Shown: piece after piece, positions 30,685 to 39,946 of the stretch | How the letters are laid out: each line of letters begins with the position of its first letter | Numbering within the stretch: the first letter of the stretch is position 1 | Source: an uncultured candidate division Zixibacteria bacterium | GTDB lineage: Bacteria > Zixibacteria > MSB-5A5 > GN15 > PGXB01 | NCBI GenBank assembly: GCA_963702205.1 | Contig: OY969724.1 | Coordinates: 2,944,001-3,008,000, forward strand | DNA: 64,000 bases | Reading direction: 5' to 3' | Program-made: the position numbers and the translations under genes | The notes under the pieces: model-generated | Database searches by the model: none | The model's input: the letters and a program-made list of their open reading frames with translations, nothing else | Told to the model about the DNA's origin: nothing

Positions 30685-32400
30685 ATGAATGGGAAAAATA
30701 AAATGACGAACAACGGACATTCCGACATAGTAATAATCGGCGGTGTCGCCGCCGGACCGAAAACGGCCGCGACTCTGGCGCGCAGGAACCCCCGTCTTTC
30801 GATCACTCTTTTTCAAAAAGAGAAATATATGTCGTACGCGACCTGCGGAATGCCGTTTTTCGCCTCGGGAGATATCAGCTCGTTTCATGAACTGCTCGCG
30901 ACGTCCTACGGTATCGAGCGCGATCCGTTGTTTTTCGAAAAGGCCAAAGGCTTTAAGGCCGTCACCGAAGCGGAAGTGATGGCAATTGACCGCGACAATA
31001 AAAACGTAACGGTCAAATCGCTGGCGACCGGCGAGACGTTCGTGCACGGTTACGACAAACTGGTCATTGCGACCGGTTCCAAACCGTCTAATCCTCCGTT
31101 CGAGGTACCATCGAGCGGCAAAATCAAACATTTCACCCGGCCCGATGACGCCGTCGCCTTTCGTAAGCTGGCCGAGACGGGCCAGGTCGGAAGTGCCGTT
31201 ATTATCGGCGGCGGATTTATCGGTTGTGAACTCATGGCCGCCTGTGCCGAACTGTGGGGCATTGAGACGACATTGATCGAAGTGCAGGATCAGCTTCTCC
31301 CCTACGTGCTCGATCCGGAAATGGCCGCAATAGCAGAGCGCGAAGCCAAACACAATAATGTAAACGTAATTACGGGAGTCGGGGTCGAGAAGATTACTAT
31401 CGACGACGACGGAAACCCAGTGGTGCATATTAAAGGTCGCGACCCAATCGCAACCGATTTTGTTTTTCTCGCCCTTGGCGTCCACCCGGAAACCGAACTG
31501 GCGCAAAACTGCGGGCTCGATATCGGCACCACCGGCGGTATTGTCGTCAATGAATTCATGCAGACCTCTGATCCGAATATTTACGCGGGCGGCGATTGCA
31601 CTGAAGCAACCAGCCGTCTCACGGGAAAGGCGTTGTACATCCCGATGGGTTCGCTGGCTAATCGCCACGGACGAGTCATCGCCGAGCACATTGCCGGTCA
31701 CAAACAGCCGTTCAAAGGCGTGCTGGGGACGTTCGTTATTAAGATATTCGAGACTAATGTCGGCGCGGTCGGGCTGTCCGAAAAAGCAGCCGCAAAATCA
31801 GGATTGGACGTCGCAACCGTCTGGGGTTCCTGGCCGGACAAGCCGGATTATTACCCCGAATACGGGACGTTTACGCTGAAAATGACGTACGATAAAAACA
31901 ACCACAAACTGCTGGGCCTGCAGGCAGTCGGCAAAGGCGATATTTGCCGGAGGATAGATAGTTTCTCGGCTTTTCTGAATTTCGGTGCGACGGTCGAAGA
32001 CTTGCTCGACTTTGAGCACGGCTATGCTCCCCCCTATTCCGAGGCGCTTGACCCGCTGCACCATCTGGCTGGTATAGCCATCGCGTGTGAGGCCGGTTAT
32101 GAGTTCATCAGCCCGGACGCTTGCTCGAATATGGATAAAACAAATTCTGTCATAATCGACGTCCGCGAGGCCGAGGAGTTCGCCGCCGAACCGCTATCGG
32201 ACAATGGGACTCCAATTGAGGGCGTGATAAACATCCCGCTCATGTCATTGCGCGAACGAACGACTGAAATTGACTCCGGAAAAGACATATATATCCTATG
32301 CAAACGTGGTGTGCGGTCGTACCAGGCGGCGTGCATTTTGAAAGCGGCCGGGTTCGAGAAAGTCAAAATTATCGGGGGCGGAGTACAGGCGACTAATTAA
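30685..32400 (+). CDS. CoA-disulfide/persulfide reductase with C-terminal rhodanese domain (CoADR-RHD/Npsr-like)
   Basis: GGVAAG, redox Cys in SYATCGMPF, GGGFIG, YAPPYS, rhodanese loop CKRGVRS. Confidence 0.88.
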   Translation: MNGKNKMTNNGHSDIVIIGGVAAGPKTAATLARRNPRLSITLFQKEKYMSYATCGMPFFASGDISSFHELLATSYGIERDPLFFEKAKGFKAVTEAEVMAIDRDNKNVTVKSLATGETFVHGYDKLVIATGSKPSNPPFEVPSSGKIKHFTRPDDAVAFRKLAETGQVGSAVIIGGGFIGCELMAACAELWGIETTLIEVQDQLLPYVLDPEMAAIAEREAKHNNVNVITGVGVEKITIDDDGNPVVHIKGRDPIATDFVFLALGVHPETELAQNCGLDIGTTGGIVVNEFMQTSDPNIYAGGDCTEATSRLTGKALYIPMGSLANRHGRVIAEHIAGHKQPFKGVLGTFVIKIFETNVGAVGLSEKAAAKSGLDVATVWGSWPDKPDYYPEYGTFTLKMTYDKNNHKLLGLQAVGKGDICRRIDSFSAFLNFGATVEDLLDFEHGYAPPYSEALDPLHHLAGIAIACEAGYEFISPDACSNMDKTNSVIIDVREAEEFAAEPLSDNGTPIEGVINIPLMSLRERTTEIDSGKDIYILCKRGVRSYQAACILKAAGFEKVKIIGGGVQATN

Positions 32401-32444
32401 TATGATCACTTGTTGCGTATTGTATATTTCGGGAGTTTGTTAAT

Positions 32445-33647
32445 ATGGCGACCGACAACTGGAATCTGTGTGTCTGCGGGCTGAACCACAAGACGTCTTC
32501 GGTCTCCGAGCGCGAGCCGCTCCAGATCGGACCGGAGGACATCGCGCAGGCGCACGCCGAATTCACCTCGATTGCGGGCATACGCGAGGGTGTTATCGTC
32601 TCGACCTGCAACCGCGATGAATTTTACGCCGTCATGGACAAACATCTCGACTCCTTCGAGGCCGTCGCCGAATTCTACCGGAAACTGCGCAATATCGACA
32701 TCAAGCCGCTGCGCGATCGGTTTTATACATACGAAAACAGTAATGCCGTGCAGCACCTGTTTCATGTGACGGCCGGTATCGACTCGATGGTTATCGGCGA
32801 GAACCAGATTCTCGGACAAGTGAAAGACGCCTATAGCTCCGCCTGTAAAGTTAAATCGACCGATAAAATTTTACATCGCTTATTTCACCAGGCGTTCCGC
32901 GTCGGCAAACAGGTCAGGACCGATACCGAGATGGGCAAAGGCGCCTGCTCGGTCAGCGGCGCTTCGATGGAGCTGTTGAAATCTCGTCTGGACACACTTA
33001 AGAAGCCCAAAGTGTTATTTATTGGCATCAACCGGATGATCCTTCTCGCCGCCAAGCACTTGGCCCGGGTTGAGGGCATCTCTTTTCATTTTGCCAACCG
33101 TACGATAGAAAAGGCCGAGCAATTCGCCAGAAGGTTCCGCGCTACGGCGCACGCTCTCGATGATATCCCCAGTCTTTTGCCACAAGTGGATATTGTGATT
33201 TCCTGCACCGGATCGGACAAACCGATTATAACGGCTGATATATTTTATGAATTCTCGGCTAAGAGCCCGGACCACAAAATTATTATTGTCGATATGGCAA
33301 TCCCGCGCGACGTGGAGTACGACAAAGGCAGCTCACAAAATATAGAGCTGTATAATCTGGACGATGTCGATAACTATGTTCGGCAGCAGCAGGATATCCG
33401 CAAAAGCGCCATCCCCGACGCCGAGGAGATTATAACACAAAAGCTCAGCGAATTCAGTTACTGGTTCGAGCACGTCCGCCGCGAGCCGGTCTATAACGGC
33501 CTTGAAAAATATTTCGAGGATTTGAGGCAGGAGGAGTTGGCCACTCTAATGGATAATATGGACGATGAAACCAAAGCGCAGCTCGAGCAGGCCAGCAAGC
33601 GGCTGGTCGAAAGAATTCTCTACGCGAAAATCAGAACGTCAAAATAG
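32445..33647 (+). CDS. hemA: Glutamyl-tRNA reductase
   Basis: GLNHKT, STCNRDE, GIDSMVIGENQILGQVK, DMAIPRDVE. Confidence 0.95.
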   Translation: MATDNWNLCVCGLNHKTSSVSEREPLQIGPEDIAQAHAEFTSIAGIREGVIVSTCNRDEFYAVMDKHLDSFEAVAEFYRKLRNIDIKPLRDRFYTYENSNAVQHLFHVTAGIDSMVIGENQILGQVKDAYSSACKVKSTDKILHRLFHQAFRVGKQVRTDTEMGKGACSVSGASMELLKSRLDTLKKPKVLFIGINRMILLAAKHLARVEGISFHFANRTIEKAEQFARRFRATAHALDDIPSLLPQVDIVISCTGSDKPIITADIFYEFSAKSPDHKIIIVDMAIPRDVEYDKGSSQNIELYNLDDVDNYVRQQQDIRKSAIPDAEEIITQKLSEFSYWFEHVRREPVYNGLEKYFEDLRQEELATLMDNMDDETKAQLEQASKRLVERILYAKIRTSK

Positions 33648-33664
33648 ATATTGGGATACATTTT

Positions 33665-34306
33665 ATGAAAAAGAAATATCTGCCGATTAATATATCCCTT
33701 CAAGAACGCCCCTGCCTCGTTGTTGGCGGCGGGCACGTCGCCCTGCGCAAAATAGACAATCTCATCGACTACAAAGCCGATATAACCGTGATCGCCCCGG
33801 AAGTCGACGATAAAATCAAGTACTATCAGGAACGCGGATTTTTGAAAATCGATGAGCGAAAGTACAACAAAGGCGACGCCTCGAAGTACGCGCTGGCTAT
33901 CGCCGCGTCCGACGATGAAACGGTCAATAAGCAGGTGTACGAAGATTGTCACAAGATCGGCATACCGGTCAACGTCGTCGATAACCCACCCCTGTGCGAT
34001 TTCATCTTCCCGGCCACCATACGCCGCAATAATCTGGCCGTATCGGTCTCGACCGACGGTACCGCGCCGTTCCTGGCGAGACACCTGAAAGTCATTCTCG
34101 ATACGATCTTCCCCCAGCATTGGGAGAAAATCTCGGATTTGGCGACAGATTTCCGCGAGGAGTTGAAGCGCCGTTACCCGGGAAACAAAATCCGCCAGGA
34201 CGAATGCATCGACAACTTTCTTAACGCAAACTGGAAAGAAATAATCAAAGATAATAACGACGAGCAAATCAAAGCCCTATTAGATGGCATGCTTAAAACG
34301 GACTGA
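33665..34306 (+). CDS. Precorrin-2 dehydrogenase / sirohydrochlorin ferrochelatase (CysG N-terminal, SirC/Met8p-like)
   Basis: LVVGGGHVALRK, VNVVDNPPLCDFIFPA, VSTDGTAP. Confidence 0.9.
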   Translation: MKKKYLPINISLQERPCLVVGGGHVALRKIDNLIDYKADITVIAPEVDDKIKYYQERGFLKIDERKYNKGDASKYALAIAASDDETVNKQVYEDCHKIGIPVNVVDNPPLCDFIFPATIRRNNLAVSVSTDGTAPFLARHLKVILDTIFPQHWEKISDLATDFREELKRRYPGNKIRQDECIDNFLNANWKEIIKDNNDEQIKALLDGMLKTD

Positions 34307-34307
34307 T

Positions 34308-35837
34308 ATGAACAAGCCTGATGCGGGAAAAGTATATTTGGTTGGTGCCGGGCCGGGCGATCCGGGACTGATTACGGTCAAGGGTCAAAAGCTTCTTGAA
34401 TCGTGCGACGTTGTCGTCTATGACAACCTCATCCCCGACGAGTTGATTGTCACGCTTCCGGCGAAAATTGAGAAACACTATGTCGGCAAACGGGGCGGCA
34501 AAACCTGTATTTCGCAGGATGAAATCAACGAGCTTCTGCTCAGACTTGCTCGCGATGGCAAGAAGGTCGTCCGGCTCAAAGGCAGCGATCCGATCATTTT
34601 CGGTCGTGGCGGCGAAGAAGCGCGATATTTGAAAGAGCACGATATTCCCTTCGAAATAATCCCCGGTGTCACTGCGGCCGTGGCGGCGTCGGCCTACGCG
34701 GGCATACCGCTGACCGACCGCGAGAAAGCCTCATTCGTAATTTTCGCAACCGGCCACAAAGCGAAAGATAAAGAAATCTCATCGGTGCCGTGGCGCCAAA
34801 TTGCCGGATTGCCGGGCGGGACGCTGGCGATATATATGGGAGTGAGTGAGATAGCCAACATCACCAAAGAGCTTCTTGACGGCGGCATGGATGCCTCGAC
34901 CCCCGCGGCGATAATCGAGCGCGGGACATATCCGACGTCGCGGACGGTTATCTCGACTCTCGGTAAGCTTTCTGACGATGCAGTACAAAATAACATTAAA
35001 TCGCCGGCTGTGATATTTATCGGCCGTACTATCGAATTTAATAAGTCGATGGAGTGGATGGCAACGCGGCCCTTGCTTGGTAAACGAGTGATGGTGACCC
35101 GTCCGGGGCATCAGGCGACGCCGATGTATGACCTCCTACGCTCTTACGGTGCAGAGGTCCTCCCCTACCCTACAATTGCCATAAAAGAAATAATCGACGA
35201 ATCCGGCTGGAAACAATTGCAGGAATGTACTTCAGAAAAAAAATGGCTGCTTTTTACTTCGGAAAACGGAGTTGAGTTCTTTCTAAAGCAGTATCTGGAA
35301 CGCCATAAAGACATTCGGACTTTGTCTCAGTACAAGATCGCTCGCATGGGTTTCGGGACGCTTCGGGCGCTACAGAAACATCGCCTGGGCGAAGATTACG
35401 CACCGGAGAAATCCTCATCGCTGGCTCTGGCCGAAGGTCTCGCCGCGCAGCCGGGTATTAAAGACAGCACTGTCGTACGGGTGACCGGCGCGATGGATGT
35501 CGATCCCGTCGCCAAAATCCTCGAAACGGCCGGGGCCGAAGTCATACCTTTGATTGTTTATAAGGCTACTTTTTCGTACTGGCCCGACGAAGCCAAAGAA
35601 AAGCATTTCGAATATCCCCCGGATTATATAGTCTTCACCAGTGGGCGCTCTGTCGACGGATTCATGGTAAATCTGGATAAGCTGGAACTTGGCCGACTTC
35701 TCGATACGGCGAAGATTGTCTCAATCGGCCGGACCACGTCGAAAGTCATCGAGTCCTACGGTCTCAAAGTCGATTACGAAGCCAAATTCCCGTCGATCGA
35801 ATCGGTCGTCGACGAGCTGGCTGAACTCGCTCAATAA
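34308..35837 (+). CDS. cobA: Uroporphyrinogen-III C-methyltransferase / uroporphyrinogen-III synthase fusion
   Basis: VGAGPGDPGLIT, RLKGSDPIIFGRGGEE, then a HemD domain (VMVTRP, FTSENGV, FTSGRSV). Confidence 0.92.
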   Translation: MNKPDAGKVYLVGAGPGDPGLITVKGQKLLESCDVVVYDNLIPDELIVTLPAKIEKHYVGKRGGKTCISQDEINELLLRLARDGKKVVRLKGSDPIIFGRGGEEARYLKEHDIPFEIIPGVTAAVAASAYAGIPLTDREKASFVIFATGHKAKDKEISSVPWRQIAGLPGGTLAIYMGVSEIANITKELLDGGMDASTPAAIIERGTYPTSRTVISTLGKLSDDAVQNNIKSPAVIFIGRTIEFNKSMEWMATRPLLGKRVMVTRPGHQATPMYDLLRSYGAEVLPYPTIAIKEIIDESGWKQLQECTSEKKWLLFTSENGVEFFLKQYLERHKDIRTLSQYKIARMGFGTLRALQKHRLGEDYAPEKSSSLALAEGLAAQPGIKDSTVVRVTGAMDVDPVAKILETAGAEVIPLIVYKATFSYWPDEAKEKHFEYPPDYIVFTSGRSVDGFMVNLDKLELGRLLDTAKIVSIGRTTSKVIESYGLKVDYEAKFPSIESVVDELAELAQ

Positions 35838-35851
35838 TTCCCACACAGTAT

Positions 35852-35881
35852 AAAAAAAGCGCCGGTCAATACAACCGACGC
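35852..35881 (-). terminator. Terminator between convergent genes
   Basis: GCGTCGGT/ACCGGCGC stem followed by T7 on the minus strand. Confidence 0.6.
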
Positions 35882-35910
35882 CAATTAGAATTTTTGCTCA
35901 ATCGTGCGAA

Positions 35911-36348
35911 TTATCCGTAGGGATACATCTTCTCCTTGATCATCCGCATCTTTTCGAGCACGTCGTTGTGTTTTTCTTCGTCGACCAGCAGATAGTGCAG
36001 AAGGTATTCCTGGACCATCATTTTCTTGCCTTTTATCGTTTCCAGCGCTTCGTGGGCAAGTTGTACCGTCTTTTTTTCGAGGGCGATATGCTTCTCGACC
36101 AGATCCCAAACCTCGCCGATTTCTTCGGGCGTAAGCGTAATCGTTTTGGTTGTTAGGCTGTCGGCAATCAGTTCCTGCACGCGATAGTGCAATTGAGAAT
36201 CGCGTTGAATTATTTCCATGACGAGCCGCACGATCGGATTTTCGGTTTTTTCGATTACATTGCCGGTGGACGCAACCGAGGCGTTCTCGATTTTCATCCA
36301 GCGCTGCATGTTATCGACTATTTTATCCTGGGCCTCTTTCGTTGACAT
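35911..36348 (-). CDS. Ferritin-like four-helix-bundle protein
   Basis: GAGG RBS, paired E...DSxxH and E...DExxH diiron-type motifs. Confidence 0.75.
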   Translation of the reverse strand: MSTKEAQDKIVDNMQRWMKIENASVASTGNVIEKTENPIVRLVMEIIQRDSQLHYRVQELIADSLTTKTITLTPEEIGEVWDLVEKHIALEKKTVQLAHEALETIKGKKMMVQEYLLHYLLVDEEKHNDVLEKMRMIKEKMYPYG

Positions 36349-36370
36349 TCCTTAGTCCTCCATAAAGTTT

Positions 36371-36388
36371 ATGTGATATTTAACACAT
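36371..36388. promoter_or_regulatory. Rex/CRP-like palindrome upstream of the ferritin-like gene
   Basis: ATGTGAT-ATTT-AACACAT, 23 nt upstream of the start codon. Confidence 0.5.
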
Positions 36389-36427
36389 TTAATGTCTTTC
36401 TTCCCTGAATGTTCCGTGGGAATATAC

Positions 36428-36457
36428 AAAAAAGAAACGGGCGGTCAATCCGCCCGT
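36428..36457 (-). terminator. Rho-independent terminator
   Basis: ACGGGCGG/CCGCCCGT stem followed by a T-rich tract on the minus strand. Confidence 0.65.
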
Positions 36458-36487
36458 CGAAAATTAAAATATACCGATTACTTTCGC

Positions 36488-36736
36488 TTATCGATTTGAT
36501 TTTTCGGCCTTATCCCGGAGAACCTGAACGCCTCTTTCAAGGTCGCGCATGTTTTCCACTTCGGAATAGAACAATGGTGAGGCGTCGATTTTATTCACCT
36601 GATTGTGCCGCAAAACTTCACCGGCCACGCCGGGCGGCGTTATGCCGGAGGCAAAGAACACGATAAAAAGCATAAGGCCTGTTAGTCCAATCAAAAAGCG
36701 TCTTATTCCGTGATTTTTTATATTTTTCTGTTTCAT
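36488..36736 (-). CDS. Small single-TM hypothetical protein coupled to the YeiH-type gene
   Basis: ATG directly after the upstream stop, basic N-terminus, one TM helix, IDASPLFYSE segment. Confidence 0.6.
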   Translation of the reverse strand: MKQKNIKNHGIRRFLIGLTGLMLFIVFFASGITPPGVAGEVLRHNQVNKIDASPLFYSEVENMRDLERGVQVLRDKAEKSNR

Positions 36737-36737
36737 A

Positions 36738-38063
36738 TCAAACCGCGTTCGGGAAAAACACCATGAAGGCCAGGTAGGCCACAAGCAGCGTCAATATAAG
36801 GTTAAACGTCTGCCCTATGGCATAGAGAATCATCGGTTTGCCTCCCTCCATCCGACTGGCCAGATCCCGGAAGTTCGATTCGAGCCCGATTGAGGCAAAA
36901 GCGAGGCAGAAAAACCAGCCGCGAAGAGGCGACGTAATCGGACTTATAATATTCTTCTCCACCAAACCGAAATCCCCATGGTGCAAAGGAACCACCAAAA
37001 ACGAAAATAAAAGCGACGCCCCGACAAAGCCTATCACGAATTTCGGAAAGCGATACCAGATTTCCATAATGTTCGGCTTGTGGTCTTCATCGCATTCGAC
37101 TTTGGTTACCCAGTATAGTGCGATGAAAAACGCGATGACTCCGATCAGGACGTTTTGAATCATCTTGACCACGGCCGCTACCTTTTCGGCATCGGGCCCG
37201 AGCATCGACCCGGCCGCCACGACCGCCCCGGTCGAGTCGATAGTGCCGCCCATCCAGGCCGCTCCGAGAATATGATTCATGCCGACCATCTGTATCCCAA
37301 GGGGCATGAAAAACATCATCAGGACGGTGAAGATCAGCGTCATGCCGACCGCCAGAGTCAGGTCCTCCTTTTTGGCGCAACAGGCCGCCGCGGCGGCGAT
37401 AGCCGCCGAAACCCCGCAGACCGACGTCGCCGAGGCGATAATAATCGCCAGCGCCAGATTTTTCATCTTAAGAACCCGAGCCGCGAAGATGTACATGAAT
37501 ATGATTACAATCGGGGTCACGATCCAGGCCACCATAAGCCCGGGCGCCCCCAACGACAGTATTTTTCCGAACAGGATTTCCGCCCCCATCAGCACCAGGC
37601 CGGTTTTGATAAACAGTTCCGTATGCAACCCGGCTTTAAGCCACGACGGAGTCCCAACCGTGTTGGAAATCAAAAGGCCGATCAACAACGCCCAGAGCGC
37701 GTAGCTCAAACCCCAGTACTTTATGTTGGCCTAGTCGGCGATCCAGTACGACAGGCAGGCCAGCACGAACACGCCCACAAATCCGGGCAGGTATTTGGAA
37801 ATCTTGACTTTCTTCATGAAGGCAATTCCGAACGCCGTAAGAGCCGCCAGGAATACCAAAAGAAAAAGCAGGGATAGTATTTTATTACCGGTTATGGCAC
37901 CGTCTTTAATGACAAGAAAAGCATCAAGCGGGTTCGACGTCCACTTGCTGAGTTTGGGGATTTTGGGCATCAAACCGGACAGGGCCAGCGCGAATATTAT
38001 ACCGCCAAATCCGACCGCCCACCAATCTTCGTTTTTTAATATGGGTTTAGTTTCCGCAGCCAT
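36738..38063 (-). CDS. YeiH / putative sulfate exporter (PSE) family transporter interrupted by an in-frame TAG at 37731-37733
   Basis: Both ORFs share a frame (...WIAD*ANIKYWGLSYALWALL...). EDWWAV, SVCGVSAAIA, GGTIDSTGAV and RFPKFVIGF motifs. Confidence 0.85.
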
Positions 38064-38169
38064 TGCACCTTACCTCACAGTCACAGATAAATTCATAGCT
38101 GTATAAAATTATCTTTATGTATCGTGGGATTCAAGAAAAAAATAAGACAATATTATCCCCCTATTTCAT

Positions 38170-38197
38170 AAAAAAGGCGACTTTAAACGTCGCCTTT
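38170..38197 (-). terminator. Terminator after qmoC
   Basis: AAAGGCGAC/GTCGCCTTT stem plus a T run on the minus strand. Confidence 0.7.
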
Positions 38198-38208
38198 ATG
38201 TGTCTTAT

Positions 38209-39390
38209 TTATATCGCCGTTCGTGGTACTCGCTTTATGCCACGAGCATAGGTCAGCGCCAGTGTTCGGTATATCATATGTGCGAATTTGGAGTACGGCA
38301 TGTACCAGAGCAGGAAATATACGACAACGAGGTGCAGGAAATAAACGAGGTACGCCAGCATCGGAACCGCGATCAGACGCGTAATCCACGAAAGCATCCC
38401 CGACAAACCGACCCCGAAAAGCATGTATAAAAACAGGTAGTCGGCGTAACCGTTGGCGCCGACGTCATCTCGGTTGGTCCAGCGGCGGTATATGAGCATT
38501 CCGCCCCCGATACACAAAGCCAGGCCGCTTAGGGCCCCGATGATCTTTATGGGGTTGGGCAGATCGACCGGCGGCATCGGCAGAATATGAACGCTCATAA
38601 TTTTGAACTCGTGCAGATAGTGCGGCAGAAAGATCAGAATGAACACGGCTCCGGTCGTGATCATTGCACCAATGAACCCGAAAAATAACAGCATGTGTCC
38701 CCATCGCCGGGGTTTGTTCTTTTCACAGGAAGCGAACAGCTTGTGAGTCAATATATCTTTGAACGTCTGGATGAAAGCCGATACGAACGAGATTTTCATG
38801 GGTGGCCCGGACGATTTCAGGCCTTTCCAGAATCTTAAAAACCCGATCGCCGCGAAAATGAAAATGAAAATATTACCAATCACGAAAAAGGCGTCGACAA
38901 AGCTGTGGCGCAGGAAGAAATCGAAATCAACCGTCCTGCTGGTCAGGTATAAGGTCTCGCCGTTGGGTCCGATTTTGGGCAGGAACATGATGGCCGCGAT
39001 GAGAATTAAAACCGGAACCAGAAGCAGAATCGGAAGCGCTCTGGGAGAATTCGCCGCCTTACCCATGAAAGCCGGAAATGCGAAACTTTTATATATGTAC
39101 GTTCTCAGCGCGGCAAGAACGTCGCCCGGTCTGGCACCGCGCGGACAATAAGTCGAGCAGTCATTGCACTGATGACACAACCACAGATCGGGGTCCTTCA
39201 TCAGGGCGTCCTTCTGACCCCATTGCGCCATGAGCATTTCTTTGCGGGGAAAAGGCTTGTCCGCAGGAGAGAGATTGCAGACCACGGAACAGGTAGCGCA
39301 CTGATAACATTTTTTCAGGGTGTCTCCCCCCGCCTTTTTGACCTCGCGGATGAGATTCAAATCGGGATTTATAACTTTCCCGGCCGCCAT
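38209..39390 (-). CDS. qmoC: QmoC (HdrC-like Fe-S domain plus membrane cytochrome b)
   Basis: CYQCATCSVVC, PFPRKEM, CHQCNDCSTYCPRGA, six TM helices, PYSKFAHMIYR. Confidence 0.93.
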   Translation of the reverse strand: MAAGKVINPDLNLIREVKKAGGDTLKKCYQCATCSVVCNLSPADKPFPRKEMLMAQWGQKDALMKDPDLWLCHQCNDCSTYCPRGARPGDVLAALRTYIYKSFAFPAFMGKAANSPRALPILLLVPVLILIAAIMFLPKIGPNGETLYLTSRTVDFDFFLRHSFVDAFFVIGNIFIFIFAAIGFLRFWKGLKSSGPPMKISFVSAFIQTFKDILTHKLFASCEKNKPRRWGHMLLFFGFIGAMITTGAVFILIFLPHYLHEFKIMSVHILPMPPVDLPNPIKIIGALSGLALCIGGGMLIYRRWTNRDDVGANGYADYLFLYMLFGVGLSGMLSWITRLIAVPMLAYLVYFLHLVVVYFLLWYMPYSKFAHMIYRTLALTYARGIKRVPRTAI

Positions 39391-39485
39391 GGGGGTTCTC
39401 CTTTCGGTCTTAAATTCGATATTGCAAATCTATACTTATTCTATCGGCATCATAATAAATCGCGGCATAAAAGCTGTCAAGGATT

Positions 39486-39874
39486 TTGTTATTTTTTTCA
39501 CAATGTCGGCTCAGGCCGGCTTTGGGATATATCGCCCTATTTTTTTGATTAATGACAATAATACTCCATATTCAAAATTTCAGGAGCGGCCAATCGACCC
39601 ACCATTTCTATCGAATTTTTATCAAAAAAGCCGTTTTCTTGAACCAGCCCGACAATCTGCCGCCCGGCAGATAACACGTTGCGCCACAAAATCATTTGAC
39701 GTATCCCTTTATTATTCATCGCATTATGGACATAGCCTGGGAATCACACCTTTTCTTGTGAAAATAGTCACTTTTCCGCTTGACATTGCTTGTGAAAAAA
39801 GTTACATTCTGACTTGGCTTTACGGCTATTAATGCCGATAATATATGTAAGAGGCCTTGTGAAAAATGTCACAT
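39486..39874. promoter_or_regulatory. Divergent qmoC/sat control region with four Rex/CRP-like palindromes and a sigma70 promoter
   Basis: TTGTTAT-TTTT-TTCACAA (39486), TTGTGAA-AATA-GTCACTT (39756), TTGTGAA-AAAA-GTTACAT (39790), TTGTGAA-AAAT-GTCACAT (39857). TTGACA(39780)-17 nt-TACATT(39803). Confidence 0.7.
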
Positions 39875-39946
39875 GCGGAAGGTGCGCAAGACAAACGAAA
39901 ATGGAAAATAGTAACATCAAAAACATAACCAAAAGCAGGTGATGCA

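Noticed and set aside
37700..37733. Pyrrolysine or alternative genetic code
   Set aside because: TAG and TGA terminate many genes normally here, and no pyl genes are in the window.
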